Notes: a model not told the origin generated them from the sequence alone. Positions 41,191-56,140 are shown, counted from the stretch's first letter. The stretch is DNA of 64,000 bases from Eledone cirrhosa (GCA_964016885.1 OZ024741.1:122202001-122266000); one strand, 5' to 3'. Program-made: numbers and translations.

Positions 41191-41992
41191 TTTGAGCGGT
41201 AGGTTTTTAGTATATGAATTTCACATTGTGAATTTGATTTCTATTTAGGGATATTGTCTACTGAAGCTGCATGAGCACGCCAACTTCTTAGTTTATGGCC
41301 CAAGTAGAAAATATCCATGACTGGGATGGAGATTAAAGAAGGTAAAGAGGAATTGGTATTGTATTGATAGTTCCTCTTACGATTTGACAATGAGCATTTA
41401 GTAGTTTGAGAAACCAAACATGTAAATGGTCAAATATTCTATATATACATGCATGTTAACGTAATTCTCAGGCTAAATCAGTATGACACCATGTGTGGAC
41501 AAGGCTGGACTTCTGAATTACAAGTGCACTCCATCTGACAGGCTTCTATACATTTCCTGAATATAATATTTGGGTTGATCTGAGACTGTAGAAAATGACA
41601 CATATCTAAGTCGCCAAACAGTGGAATCGAACCCAGTGCGTTACTCGTACTTTATTTTATCGACTCCTTAAGGATGAAAGGTAAAATTAATCTCGGCGAT
41701 AAAATATAGTACCAGTAATGTACTGCGTCGATTTAATCAACCTACCCTCTTACCAAATTTCTGGTCTTATGCTTAAGTTACATGATTCCAAAAATAGTAC
41801 TTCTTAACCCATCAGACATTGCTGCGTTATACTAGTATCAATTATATTTACTATATTCCACACATAAAGTAATTAGTCTAATTTTTAGTTAAAACAATAT
41901 TTTTAGTAAAGTCCAATTGTTTGATTCTGCATGATGCATATCCAATAATTTCACGATGTTGATCAATACTTTTATTTCTGTTTTGGCAAAAG

Positions 41993-42245
41993 GTACCTCT
42001 TTTGGTGTGACTGGGGCGCAAATCCTAAAATAGAAGTGTCTGACCTCATCGGCAATAACCGACGTACTATTGTAAGTAATGACATGCGAAGGCCTCGTGG
42101 ACTGGTAATTGATGCTAAAGAAAGCAAAATCTACTGGGTTGACAATGGGCACAATACTATTGAATGTATTCAATTCAACGGACGTGAACGACGAGTTATT
42201 GTAAAAGACGCGCAAACAGATTTCTATGGAATAGCTTTGTATCAG
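41993..42245 (+). CDS. LRP-like exon B
   Basis: aaag|G YLFWCDWGANPKIE..PRGLVID..IYWVD..FYGIALYQ|gtaagt; phase 2 to 0. Confidence 0.93.
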
Positions 42246-42787
42246 GTAAGTCTTGTGTCAGTGTTTACTCTTTCCATTTATTTCCCGGTATTACAATGTT
42301 CATCACACAAGAGGACTACGATAGGAACTTGCTCCCAAACAATGCGACAAAATATTGAAACCAAGAAATAAATGTTAAATGTAAATTGAAATTCAGTTAT
42401 TTGTATATTTTCGGATAGTTAAAGTGACTCTTCGATGTATTTGCTTTAGTTTCTTGCCAAACAAGTAAAACTCTCAAATAATTTCATTGTAAGAGATTAT
42501 ATGGATGGAAAACTACAGATTGAGAAACTTTGACGTTCATACGTTTTCTTATGAAACTGGAAACCTATATACGAATGTAAAAAGACATGTTTTTAACTGA
42601 GATTTGTCTTTGGATTTGTTCACCCAAGGCTGATGTCCTCTATGAAAAGGACAATGGATGTTGAAACACAAACGGTACTAAAATCTAAATTAGTAAATCC
42701 AACTAACGTAATATTAGGATGGATTTTAGATTAAATAAAGTACTTTAAGATAAACAAATCTAATGGATTGTATGTCTTGATTTTTAG

Positions 42788-42938
42788 AACATATTATTTG
42801 TCACAGAGCAAAGCCGTTCAGAAGGACATTTAAATGTGTACAACAAACTAAATGGAAATCTTATTGTCAGCTATACTCTGACGCATATACCTTACGGAAT
42901 TATTATGTATGACGAGGCGGTTCAACCTGGAGACTCTG
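42788..42938 (+). CDS. LRP-like exon C
   Basis: tttttag|NILFVTE..PYGIIMYDEAVQPGDS|gtaagt; phase 0 to 1; not in the ORF track. Confidence 0.9.
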
Positions 42939-43408
42939 GTAAGTAAACCGTCAATTGCTTGTGTTAATTTTACTCATTGAAATTCCACGTCTGAAATCAT
43001 TTGTATAAAAACGTGTAAAACGTTTAACAGTCAACCGATTTCCAAAGGATTCTGTGTTCAAATCTCGCCGAGGTTAGCTTTGCCTTTCCTTCTTGCGGGA
43101 CCGATAAAATAAAGCACCAGTAACCCAATGGAGTCGACTTAATCGACTTTCTCAAATTATTGGCCTTTCGGCTACATCAGAAACCATTATTTCATATAAT
43201 AGTTTAAAATAAATATCTAATTAAAAATATTTTTAAAAAGCTGGTACAATGTGAATAGGAAGAAATATGACTTTTACGGGTATTGTTTTGTTCTTACTTT
43301 AATTCCATTTTATATTTCCTTTTTGCATGGTACCGGCTTTCCTAAAGGATTCATAATTATAAACCTCACCATGCTTCAAATTAACTATACATATATATAT
43401 TTCTATAG

Positions 43409-43525
43409 GAAAATGTGATGCTCTCCAATGTGAACATTTTTGTGTACACAATCCAATCATGGGACCTGCCTGTCACTGTAGTGAAGGATACAAGTTAAAT
43501 ATTACTGATCATCGAACATGCACAG
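43409..43525 (+). CDS. LRP-like exon D (EGF domain)
   Basis: ctatag|KCDALQCEHFCVHNPIMGPACHCSEGYKLNITDHRTCT|gtgag; phase 1 to 1. Confidence 0.93.
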
Positions 43526-44672
43526 GTGAGAACACTTCCCTTATTATACTCCATACTTTAGTTACGGTGTTAAATGCAGAATAAGTAAAATTTTATTTTA
43601 TTATTTTACTCATTAGTCTGAGGTCATCCCGAGGCAGAGTCATGAAAATATTTTTTCGATCATAACCAAGCCAGACGACTTATTTATCTTTATATATTGT
43701 CAACGTATGCCCCCCCCCCTCCACGCACACACACAAACGCACACACAGATAAACCTACGGACACACAGTCACAGGGACGGAACTTCGAATGGTAACGGAA
43801 ATAACTGCAACTTAAAAATCGTAATATTTGCCGATTGAATAATAACTGTCTAGATAACATAGTTTGTGAATGCAAAGTAAAAACGAATAGTAAGTATTAT
43901 AGTTATATTGGTGCAACTTCCATTAGATTTAAGGAAAGGTGGTACAACCATGGCCACTCAGGGCCGTCAGAACTGATTTGGTCGCTTAAAAATTAAAATG
44001 TCGAATACTTCCTTTCTTGGCAAAAACTCTTACACGCTTTTCCATGCACAAATGCATCTATATCTAAAAGGTGTGACCTCTGTACCACAGAGATTCTCCA
44101 CATCATAAACAATAGACATAACATTATAAATAAATGGTCGGAAATTTTTAGTTCTTGTCTGCACAAAATAAGCAAGACATTTCATAGGGTATTTAGTTAA
44201 AACGTAAATAAAGTTAAATAAACTATGAAATAAATAATTCAAAATTCGTTTATATTTAGTTACATTATAACTTCAGCATCTATGAATAAATATCTAAAAT
44301 TTGAAATAGTATCTAAGTGAATTGAATCTAGCATAAAAGGAAAACATAGACTAACAGTCCATACATGCTTCCCTTTGAACTAATTGACCAATCCTGTAAC
44401 CTGATACCCTAGCCAGTTCACAAACAGCAATGCCAAATGTAAGATATATCTCCCACTCATACATGATCGACTGCGTGAAGCCTTTTCAGGCATATGCTGG
44501 CCAGTCGCCGAAGTGAATAACTCGTGTGACCGGTTTCATATTAACGGATATTTACAACTTCTGTGGGTTTTATCTGAAGGGAACACGTTCGCAGATGTTA
44601 TACAAAAGCCATATGTCTTTGAAATACGTATAACAAAATAAATAGGGATGGCTAACGTAACCGTATAACTTG

Positions 44673-44714
<42 letters not shown>

Positions 44715-44716
<2 letters not shown>

Positions 44717-44850
44717 TCTTTATGGTCTGAGTTCAAATCCCGCCGAGGTTAACTTTGCCTTTCATCCTTACGGGGTCGATAAAATAAAGTACCAGTAATA
44801 CACTGGGGAAATTGCTGTCCTTGTGCCAAAAGTAGAAACAATTATTATTA
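44715..44850 (+). mobile_element. SINE family A, 5'-truncated
   Basis: Matches family consensus. Confidence 0.85.
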
Positions 44851-44853
44851 TTA

Positions 44854-44968
<115 letters not shown>

Positions 44969-45289
44969 CTGTTTGTCGTCTGTGTGTGTGTAAACAACAC
45001 TATTTCTGTTGATTAGTCTCAATTTAGTCCAGATTGAGTATGTCATTGATGATCAAATGCAGTTGATTGCAGGATCGTTAGAGATTACAGAGTCGGATAA
45101 AATGTTTTGCGTTATTCGACCCTGCACCTTACATTCAGTTTTTAAATCTCACTGTAGGACACATTTACCTTTCATGATTAAGTTGTTGATAAAGTGAAGT
45201 ACCAATCAAATGCTGGGGTTGATTTAATCAACATCCTCCATCCTTACCTGCAAAACATTACTGGCCTTGTGCCTCATGTAGAATTCTTT

Positions 45290-45730
45290 TATTAGTCATT
45301 TTTTCTTTTACTCAGTAGTTTGTAGTTGTCCAGCCAGTATTGAATTGCTAGATCTCAAGCTGGATATATCCGCATTGGCTATTAACTGCCTTTCGTATGG
45401 TTCGTACTGTGCTAAGCAGCTACGCTTTCTGTAGAGTCCATATATATCCAACATCTTCAACCAACCATTTAAACGTCTAAGAGTCCAGTTACAGTTGGAA
45501 TAACAACTTTTAGATTCTCTGCATTCCGTACTTTAGATCAATTTATTTTACTATTTTATTGTGTTCTTTGCCTCCCATTCTCTGAAATGGGCAAGCAACA
45601 CACGCGTTTATCGTTATTGAATATAACAGTATCACGGTGTGAATAATCCAATTGTCTATACTTCAAGTCTTCATATCCCATAGTGCATATCCATAGTTGC
45701 TATAAAGGACTTGTTCTTGTTTATAGTAAT
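45290..45730 (-). pseudogene. Decayed 3' end of an R4-type RLE non-LTR element
   Basis: Minus strand: LQKA*LLSTVRTIRKAV. Confidence 0.5.
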
Positions 45731-45959
45731 ACAATAATAGTTATCTTTGGTTTGTCGTTTTTTATTGATATTGTTGTTGTTATTATTATAGAGTTCAAAA
45801 CCCGCTGAGGTTAGCTTTACCTTTCATCCTTAAGGTGTCGATAAAATAACGTACCAATCACGCACTGTGGTCGATTTAATCGACTTTCCCTTCCCCTTCA
45901 AATTGCTGACCTTGTGCCTATATCAAAAATCTTCGTTATTATTATTATTACTTTTACAG

Positions 45960-46235
45960 TGGATTCAGAATTCCCACAACCCTACCATGTTTATTCGATG
46001 GAGGAAGGAATATGTTCATTCCCACCAAACCTTGCTGATGTGGACTTGGAAAACATGACGTTGAGTAAACAATGCTTCCTTCTAGACAACAAAGGTTACC
46101 TGGCACTTGGAATGCATGCTGGTCGAGACACCTTATATTTCTCTACCAACAACACAGAGAAGTGGATCAACAGAGTCCGTATGGAATATGGCGCTTCGTT
46201 TGAAGATCTTATCGGTGGTGTTGGGATTGTTACAG
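45960..46235 (+). CDS. LRP-like exon E (start of second propeller)
   Basis: ttttacag|DSEFPQPYH..DTLYFST..GGVGIVT|gtaaac; 276 nt, phase 1 to 1. Confidence 0.88.
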
Positions 46236-47899
46236 GTAAACATATTACGATTATCAATTTCATTATTATATTGTTGAATAATTATTTGGTATTTTAATCA
46301 TTTAATGAAGAATTGAGGTGGGGTAACTAAATTTATTACTAAATAAAAGATGACATTTGTAAGAAAAAATGTTCTGAGATAAAATTATCTTGAAAGATTT
46401 TAATTTACATAGGAGCCCTTTGGAGTGGTATGTTTCCTAGAGACACAAGAGATTTTCGACTGGTTGGTATCGAGAGGTTTAACTATTTGATTTTTTTGTT
46501 TTGTTTACATAATGTAGTTTCTTAATACAACGAGTGAGTGACAAGTAAATATATTATCGTTTTATGTTATGGTATTATATTACGTAAATAAATTATGGCT
46601 AACAAAGGTTTTAATTCTTAAAGTGACAAGTTACTTGTAACTCCTCATTTGCGAAAGAGGTATGCTTGAGTGGTTACGTTAAGAATCATGACATGTTGTT
46701 GTTGTAGATGTTGTTGTTGCTGCTGCTGTTGTTGTTGTTAACTGAACTTTACATACATCAATAATGCTTCTAAGAAATGCATGAACTTCACACCTTCCTA
46801 TTTCATTCAATTTAAAATATGAGATTTTTGTTACTGTTAAGATTCAAATACATCTTAATCTAAAGTCTGTCTCGAGCCTAGAAGCTCATCAAGCCGGTGA
46901 TTATCCAGGTTTCCTTGGCGTGAAGCGACTAGGAGTAAAAGACTTCCCTCCTGAACACGAAGCCTGTCCATCACAGAGTTAAACCACCAGCTATTGCTTG
47001 CATTCAGTTTCAGCTGAGTATATCGGAGCAACGGGGAATTAATTGTTTTGTTCGAGAACGCAACACACAACCTATTCCAGGAATCGAACCCTCGACATTA
47101 TAATCGTTCGTCTAACACCCTGACCACTAGGCCATGCGCCTTCACAATAGATCTTAATGCCAATCATGATCTCCCTAGGAAATACACAAAACAACGTATA
47201 CTATAAGCATTTAGTGGAAAACGAGACGTGATATTTATGTTTTACTCATGTGAATTAGCGACCTCATTTTCCTCAGTGAAACTACTTTTACAGTGGATTT
47301 GAAATGCAGGTAGAGGGAAAATTGCTAGAGCTTGAAGTTTGCTCTACAGCGCTTTTAGTGAACTCTTTTATGAATAAAGATTTATTTCTTAGGCAGTAGA
47401 TAATAAGATCTTATCACGCATATACGCAGTTGTTTGCACCAGATGTCAACCGAAATGACGTGCATTATTTTAAATTGGGCAAACTAATAAATCAAGAAAT
47501 TGAGTTACAATGCGTTGGTATCAAATCTATATATTACCGCATGGAAGATGAATGGGGTATTGTGCTTTTTGTGACTTATGATGAGTTAAATCATTTAATC
47601 GGAAAACTGTCTACTAGGTTCTGTCTTTCAATATAAATTGTTCGTTTCTTTATTTTATTAAATTTAATGACAGGTACTGTATCTGCATAATTTAGAGACC
47701 GCCTGCATTTTAGCTGCCATATTATAAGTAACCTTAGTATACACACACAAGACCGCATATATCATCACACTTAATTTCTTTTTCAATCATTGTACATAAG
47801 TCGACCAATCACATTATTTGTATTTTCATATATATAGCACCTCGAGTCAGAATTTAAATACAGTTTTGAATACTAGCATGGCTGATATTTAAAGTGAAA

Positions 47900-48700
47900 A
47901 ACGTGCAAATATCATCCTTCTTCATGGAGAAAGCTATTGCCGACGCTAAATATCTGTACCAGTGGGTGTATCTAAGACTGGTGTTCCACAACCACTTGCC
48001 CGTAATGCAACAACAGGCATTCCTAACCCAAGCAAGCGGCATGGAAGATCACACAAGTTAAGTGTTCAAACAGATCACATAATACGCAGACTTGCAGTGT
48101 CAAATCCAACTGCTTTCAGCTCATATATCCAAGTCCAACTTCCTCAGGGGACAAACATCCGACGACACTGTGTTAAGGACTTTAACCTTTGGGCTTTTAA
48201 GCCAGCTGTCAAGCCCTAACTCTCCCATAAAAGCATCAAGGACCTCTGGTGTTCTGCAACACTTATCATCACTGGACGTAACTCAATGGGGTGAGGTAAT
48301 GTTTAGTGATGAAACATTAATTAGACAATTTAACCCATATATTCACCATGTAAGAATACCACCCGGACAGCGTTATAATTCTCGTTATGTCAAACCAACA
48401 GTTAAGAATTCACAATCATTTATGGCCTGGTGATTAATAAGCATAAATGGACGAGCTGCACTGACCATAATTCCAGCAGGAAAGACTGTAAACGTAAACA
48501 TGTATTTGGACATCATACGAGAAATGGTCCTATTATGGATGGAAAAGCATGATTGCAAGATATATCAACAAGATGGTGCTCTTTGCCATAGGGCAAAAAC
48601 CATTAACCAATTTTTTCGAGAATCTGATATTGAAGTCCTGACACATTGGCTAGGTTCAAGTCCTGACTTAAACCCAATTGAAAACTTTTGGAAATTAGTG
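47900..48700 (+). mobile_element. Tc1/mariner transposase pseudogene (DD34E-type)
   Basis: WGEVMFSDET, YVKPTVK, YQQDGALCH, SSPDLNPIENFW; frameshifts; truncated by a SINE at about 48705. Confidence 0.88.
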
Positions 48701-49513
48701 GTGCTTATTTTATCAATCCTGTGATGAGGATGAAATCAAAGTTAACCTCGACGGGATTTGAATTCAGAACGTAAAGAATCCTTACTCCATGTCGCAAAGC
48801 ATGTTATCCGATGCCCTACCGACACTGCCAATCCACCACCCTTTTTACTGCTACTATAATAAGAACTGCTTCCCTGAGGTGATTGATCTCATGCCACCTC
48901 CATTTATGCACCCTCGACTCACTCATCTCTCAGGTTATGTCTAACGCGCGAGATTCCTAACTATCCAATATGCTCAGTTTTCCTGCCAAGAACATCGACG
49001 CTCTAGGATTCCATCTCCATTCCCATCTTTCCTAAAGGAGAGGACTTCCAACAGTTTAATCGGAACAACAATGACATCAATTTATCCTGTCTTGATGGAA
49101 GATCTGTGACTGCCATGGATACTGTACTTTTCTTCGGACATATAAATAAATGAATATAAAATTAAAATAATAAAAAAGAGAAAATGAAACAAAATAAATT
49201 AGGCAGGTAATATGAAAGATCGCTTCGATTCGAAACGCTAGAAGTTTGCTTCAAGTCATACACTATTCTTTATGTGTATTGTATTGCACGATATTCAATT
49301 CGAATAATTTATGCAATGGAATGCCAAGACACATTACATTCATTCTATCCTATTTACCTTGTGTGGGCATGTTCTCATTTTCTAATATTTTTACAAATGA
49401 GAAACGTGAAGCCCAACCTAATTCGATTTTAGGTTTATCTATAAAAGAAATTGATACACATATATACAAATAAATCAAATAATTCTGTTTTACATTGTTA
49501 TTTTGTCTAAAAG

Positions 49514-49667
49514 GTATTGTTCTTGACTGGGTGTCTTCAAATCTTTATTGGACGGACAGCCTACATCGAACAATAAACGTTGCACGAGAGGATGGCATGT
49601 ATCAACAGGTTTTAATTGATACTGATCTAGAGAATCCCATTGGGATTGCTGTACACCCTGGCAAAAA
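49514..49667 (+). CDS. LRP-like exon F
   Basis: aaag|GIVLDWVSSNLYWTD..NPIGIAVHPGK|gtatgt; phase 1 to 2. Confidence 0.93.
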
Positions 49668-50450
49668 GTATGTAACGTATTTTTTGATATTATATATTAA
49701 TGGTTTCTAATTTAGACACAAGACCAGCAATGTTTGGGGGGAAAGAAGTGTCGATTATATTGACTCAATATTTGACTGGCGCTTTATTTGATCAATATCG
49801 GGAGGATGAAATGCAAAGTTGAGCTCAGCAGGATTTAACTTAGAAACTGAAGGGGAGTAACTAAATAATATTTAGCAAATTCTAGCAACTCTACTAAACC
49901 AGCGCGCCCATGATATTATATAATATTTTCTGACATTTTATTAATGTATAAAATGAATGTATTCATATGAAGTAGAGTTTTGATAAATTGTTTTAAAGAA
50001 AATATTTAACTCACCAGGAAAGTATTTATTTACTCAGAATCGTTGCAACCAACCTATTCAGATAATGGTTCTAGTTGAACTCAATGATAATGAGCCTAAA
50101 ATAAGCAATCAAATATAGGAACTTAAAATAGAGCGGCATTCCTAAATTTTGTTTATTTTAACGGAAAAAATTATATTTTTCGTATTGGTAAGCCTTTTCT
50201 AGTGTCTACTGCAATGCTTGGTTTACAATATTCTCAGAATATTTCTGTCTGGAATTTGAAATATTGAATAAAGAGACTCCTGCTATATATACAATAGGAA
50301 AGCCGATAAAGCATTTTAGGCACAGATATAAAATTTAATCATGAAATATGTTAAATATTTTCGGAAATACTTTTTTGAAAATTCATTCATGAAATAGGTT
50401 TAATTGAAGCATCAATTTATATTTATTCTACATATTGATCTATATTGCAG

Positions 50451-50585
50451 TAAGTTATTTTGGACAGACGCTGGAAGTAATCCTAAAGTAGAGTGGTCAT
50501 ATCTTGATGGTTCAGGCCGGTCATTGATAACAAATCAAGATCTTGGCTCTCCATCTCACATTCACATTGACTTTACGAAAGACAT
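50451..50585 (+). CDS. LRP-like exon G
   Basis: ttgcag|KLFWTDAGSNPKVEWSYLDG..IDFTKD|gtaagt; phase 2 to 2. Confidence 0.93.
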
Positions 50586-51356
50586 GTAAGTAGACCTATA
50601 AGAAAATTTCTCTTTTTTAAAATATGACCGTCAATAATAATTGCAATAGCGTTAAATGTTATGTGTTTGGAATCCAAGATTGGTATGACATATATACTAT
50701 GATTACTTCATATATGATAAATGATACAAACTGATGAATTTATGTGTAAGGTTTTTAAGAAGTTACAGAGGGGCATATACTATCATCTCATATCCTTTAT
50801 AAAACATCAAATGTTAAAGTTGAATTATTGTATGTGTGTATGCGTATGTATGTGCAGATGTATATATGTGTGTATGTATTTTCTCTCTTCCCCTTGTAAA
50901 TAGTTTTATCAACAATGTGTATTTTTTAAAATATTACCTTATACTTAGAAATATAATGGGATTGCTATACAACTTGCCACAGAACTGGCTATAGAAGATA
51001 GACCCGAGCCACTAGTTTCACAGAAACCATACTTTACTGTAAAGCTTTCCAAACCAACATTCAGCAAGACATATTTACCAACCGAATATATTTTTGATTG
51101 TCATTTTAAAAAGATTAGATTCTATTTTTTTTTTAAATTAAGCTTAAATAACAATAAACTATCTAATATTTTATTTATATTTTATTGATCATATTTGGTG
51201 CTTCAAAACTGGTAGTACATTAAGCTTAAAGAATATTAAAAGTTAAAATTGCATCAAATATACTCAGAGTATGCTATTGAAAAATAACGACATATAAGCT
51301 TAGTCGCTTACTAAATTTGAAGTATTAACATCTAAGTTTTCTTTTATTACATGCAG

Positions 51357-51483
51357 TTTATACTGGGCTGATTCCAGTTTGGGGAACGTACGTGCCTACA
51401 ATTTTTCAACAGGAATTATTACAGTTTTGGTTCCAAAGAACAATGGAGTACATGGATCGATATACGGTATAAGTATATTTCAG
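51357..51483 (+). CDS. LRP-like exon H
   Basis: atgcag|LYWADSSLGNVRAY..IYGISIFQ|gttagt; phase 2 to 0. Confidence 0.9.
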
Positions 51484-53606
51484 GTTAGTCGACACCACAG
51501 TTTCAAATTGACTGAGATTGTTTTATTACAAACTATTGTATTATATGTATGAACACAACTTTTGATGGAGTTGTAGGGACACCGTCTTGACAAACGGCCT
51601 GTCTTAATTAGTATAAAATAAGCAGCTCCCATTCCCTCACCAGGTCTGAACATAACCGATTTCTGCGAGAGGAATCGATGCCATTAGTGGGCTGATACTT
51701 CTTTTATCGACCGTAAAAGAATAATTTAATGACGATCTCGGTGGAATTCGAACTCAGAGCACAGAAAACAAGACCGAACACCTCAACGCATTTTATTTGA
51801 CGCTATAATGGTTCTGTTTACAAAATATTTTGATATCTTAAACTCCAATAAATCATAGAATTATATCAGATCATTTTCTAATTTACTGAATTTATCAAAC
51901 TACTCAATATTCTATCTATGTAGTGGGTGTTTCAAAAATTTGATATCAATGGCCTGTTCTCAAGCTTGTCACATTAAAATACATATTGAGAATTAGTGTT
52001 ATAATGTTCACAAAGTTTGAGGAATAAATGTTATGTTACTCAGCATTAAGTCTGCTCAGGACTTTGTAGTTCTGAGGGTATGTACATCTCAAATGATATA
52101 AAATGTTTTGAAAAACTTATTTGTCCTCCCTATACTTCTTGAATAATACATGTCTGCTCTTTCCATTAAAAACAAATTTAAAGATTATATGCTAGTTCTA
52201 GCAAATTGATACTAGGATTGCTCTCGCATAAGCTGGGATATTTTGTTCTCAGTTGATCGTATAATTACCCTACATCTTATGATTCCAACTATAAATAAGT
52301 TAGTCTTGAGTTCTATTGTTATATGAAATATTAATTTTTAATTGAGGCACAGGACCAGTAAATTTTAGGGAAGAGCAGGGTTAATTAAATCGACCCCAAA
52401 ACTTGACTAGTACTTTATTTTCTCGAACCAGGAAATATGAAATACAAAGTTATTCTCGGTGGGATGTGAACTCAGTGTCAAGAGCCACAACGATAGCAGT
52501 TTATCCGACACTCTACCAAATCTGCCAAAACACCACCACCCTCACGTATAAATAGTAAATTATCAAGCATTACAAACCTCGTGATAAGTTGGATGGGGGA
52601 TGGGTGACTATTTTCATTGATATCACATCTCACCGATACATTTACACAAAAATAGCTACTAATTTTAACATTCTGCTTTCAGTCACTCGTCAATTTGATT
52701 TCTAAATACCACGCCTGAACCCTCTCTTTAGTTGATGTGTTTGATCCGTCATCTTTTGTTTTTTATTTCTACTGAATTACAACTCCTATATTAGTGAAGG
52801 CGCGTGGCTTAATGGTTAGATAATTGGATGCTCAATCGTGAGGTTGCGTGTCAATTCCCGGACCGGGTGATGCGTTGCCGTTTTTGCCATGAGATGCGGT
52901 CGGTAAATAGTATCAGCAATAGAAAGACGATTGGAAACATTGTTTCCTTGATCCGATTTGACGAGGTCTGGGATCTTGTCGATCGATTCCTATATATCAA
53001 TGATTATTAAGCAGTTGTTTATTGTAGTTATGACCTAACCTCGGAGAAGGTGCTAAACGTTTAGATGAATTGATTATATAAACTTGACTCACTTTAAAGT
53101 TAATATTTTACTTCATGCGTAACCTTAATGTATTTAGCAATAGCATATACAGTACAACTGTTTCTTTGTTTACTCTGAAACGGATAAAACTGATCCTCCG
53201 TTGATAAATGAATACCTTCATTTATGAAGGTATTCATTTATGGTATTTATGGTATTCATTCATGTATGGATATATTCATTGCATCTTTCACTTAGAAAGT
53301 AAAAGCAATTCATGTGGTTGTTGACCCCCGCCCACCGTCAGATACGGTCGAGCTAACCTTTCATCAAAGAGAGACCATCTGTCTGCGATCATCCTATGCT
53401 GTTATGCGTCAGGGAACCCAACACACTGTGAGTCGTTCCTCTTTTAAAACAGCAGATTTGGGGTCGTAGATTAGGCTGCTATATTTAGCGAGTCAAATCA
53501 TTGCGTAGATAATCCCTCGTTTGCTTATAATGCATGACATTTAGCGCAAGAAATCAAGATAAATATAAATATATATCTATATTTACCCATGTGTCCTTCA
53601 TTATAG

Positions 53607-53763
53607 GATTACCTTATATGGACAGATTACACAGCCTCAAGAAATGGTATCCATGTAGCGCGGCTTGATAATCTTGACAAGGTTCGCGACATAATGCATC
53701 CTGACTTTGGTAAAGCTCGTGATCTCCTGACGTTTGATGCATCAAACCAACCGGATTTTGAAA
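53607..53763 (+). CDS. LRP-like exon I
   Basis: ttatag|DYLIWTD..FDASNQPDFE|gtatgt; phase 0 to 1. Confidence 0.9.
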
Positions 53764-53982
53764 GTATGTAGTATGTGTGTTTGTTTGTGTGTACGTGTGA
53801 ATGTGTTTATTTGTGTATGTGTTTCTGTGTATGTGAGTGTGCGTGCAATGTTCTCATTGATATTTAGCAAAATACCCGCAGGATATTGGTGACGGTGACA
53901 CGTTTTGATATTATTGCCTTGTATTAAGTCTGATGGGAATCTCCTGAGAATACAGCTTTTCTTTGAATATATGTAAGATTCG

Positions 53983-54770
53983 GTGGTTCATGCTCTGGCG
54001 GGAATCGGCCTCCAGGTCAATTCGTCCAAGTCGGAGGTGGTGAATGTCAGCCACGATGCTGAGAGCTTTGCAGCCTCCGTCTCGGACGAGGGGTCCATTC
54101 TCCTGCAGGCACAGTTGACTTCTAAAGAGGATGTCCTCATCCTCGGGTCACCGATCCACCCGCCGGTCATCCGCTACACCATCAGGTCCAGTCTCCAGCA
54201 ATTCAAGACCCTCACGAGCGGACTGGGCATGATTGACGCCCACCTAGCCTTTTTCCTGTTGAGGGACTGCTTCGCCATACCGAAGCTCCTCTATACCCTT
54301 CGCAGTGCTCCGTGCAATCTGGTGCAATCTACGACTAACCCATGTTCGGCTGCACTTCGGGCCGAGGAGGGCAAACTCTCCAAGTATCAGTCGCTTTGCG
54401 ACATGGTTTGCAGTCGTGCCCCAGGCAGTGGAGACTTCTGATGTCCTTGGCCCTAGGGCTACCTCCCTACTTACCACCATAGGCACTGAGTTGGCTATCC
54501 GCAGGTGTGAGCCTCGCGAGATGGAATGGCTCTTCCCGAGCATCTCCTTTACCATCCTCCGAGGAAACGCTTTCTACATTCTGTCCGCCGGGGCCGTGAG
54601 GCGGCCAGCACGTGGGACCCCATTTGCTCATAATGCAGAGAACTGGGTAGGGCGAGAAAGATGGAGGCGGTGACAGTGGGAGTTCGGCTCTTCCGCGTTC
54701 GGAGACACATTTATCAATTCTATGTTACTGTTGATACTTAAATTATTTAAATCTAGCAATGGAAAAAATA
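53983..54770 (+). mobile_element. CRE-clade non-LTR fragment with internal deletion
   Basis: GLQVNSSKSE..ILGSPI..PKLLYTLRSAP fused to AEEGKLSKY..AVETSDVLGP..TILRGNA (RLE end); GC-rich island. Confidence 0.7.
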
Positions 54771-55016
54771 ATGGTCATTAGTAACGAACTGCCAGAGTCG
54801 TTATATCGCCAGATATACTCTGAGTTCAAATCACGCCATGATCAACTTTACATTTCGTTCTTTGGGGGTCGATATATAAAATACCAATGACAGAAAGGAA
54901 GACAGGCTGTGTGTGTGTGTGTGAGAGGGAAGGGGGGATATGTTAAGGATGTCGGGTAATGGGAATGATCTTTATAGATGGAATATTTTCTCAATATTGT
55001 TTTCATTTCCTTGCAG

Positions 55017-55370
55017 CCCCATGTACAGACGGAAGTTGCGAACATCTTTGTTTACCGAAAGGAGAAAGATCTAGCACATGCCGGTGTGGACTTGGCTACC
55101 AACTTGGAGAAAATAAGAAAACCTGCGTTACAGATTTAGCAACAGACAATTTTCTCTTGGTCACAGATAGCTACAGGAAACAAATTTTTCAAATTAGTAT
55201 GCTCACTGGGCAAGTACAAGCTTTGGATGTGCGAGATCATTTTCGACCTCTTGCGATCGATTACGATCCTGTTCGACAGATTATATACTGGACAGATGTA
55301 GCACATAAATCTATCAAAAAGGTTGACATTAATGGTGTACATGAGACACTGGTGAAAAAGCTGACAAACG
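55017..55370 (+). CDS. LRP-like exon J (EGF + start of third propeller)
   Basis: ttgcag|PCTDGSCEHLCLP..CRCGLGYQL..TC..AIDYDP..IYWTD|gtaagt; phase 1 to 1. Confidence 0.94.
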
Positions 55371-55558
55371 GTAAGTCACACATACACAATATATGGCGTT
55401 TATACTTTTTCCTCTTTTAGGAGTTTGTCATTTCACTTCATCTATGTTGAGGCTCCACCTTGATTGTCGTCGAGCTTATCAATCCTAATACTTACTTCAT
55501 AAGTCTCTGTTTGTCGAACTGTTAAGTCACAGAACGTACACATAAACACACACATGGT

Positions 55559-55604
<46 letters not shown>

Positions 55605-55861
55605 GATACTTTGGAAGGGTCAGGCTGCCAATGAAAACACACGCAACTGTTTGTTTTCACTTCAATTTATTATAAATTTCCGGTTAGTTGGTTGGTTCGA
55701 TAAGCGGATGGTTGTTTATATATTGTCCAAGCTCTTTCGTCACACATTCTGTGACCTCCTCAGTGACTAGGTTTTTATTTTGTGTCTTCTCCTTTCTTCT
55801 GTCTTACACCATCTGTTTTTGTTTTCAGATAAGAAATCTTGCAAAACAAATTCCAAAAAGT

Positions 55862-55893
55862 GTATATATAAATATATATATATATGTGTGTGC

Positions 55894-55943
<50 letters not shown>

Positions 55944-56140
55944 ATATATATATATGTGTGTGTGTGTGCATATATATGTGTGTGTGTGTGTGTGCATATA
56001 TATGTGTGTGTGTGTGCATATATATGTGTGTGTGTGTGTGCATATATATGTGTGTGTGTGTGTGTGCATATGTGTGTGTGTGTGCATATGTGTGTGTGTG
56101 TGCATATATATGTGTGTGTGTGTGCATATATATATGTGTG

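Noticed and set aside
53204-53241. Short AT-rich palindrome (also 12854-12918)
   Set aside because: Small local fold-back duplication with no further supporting structure
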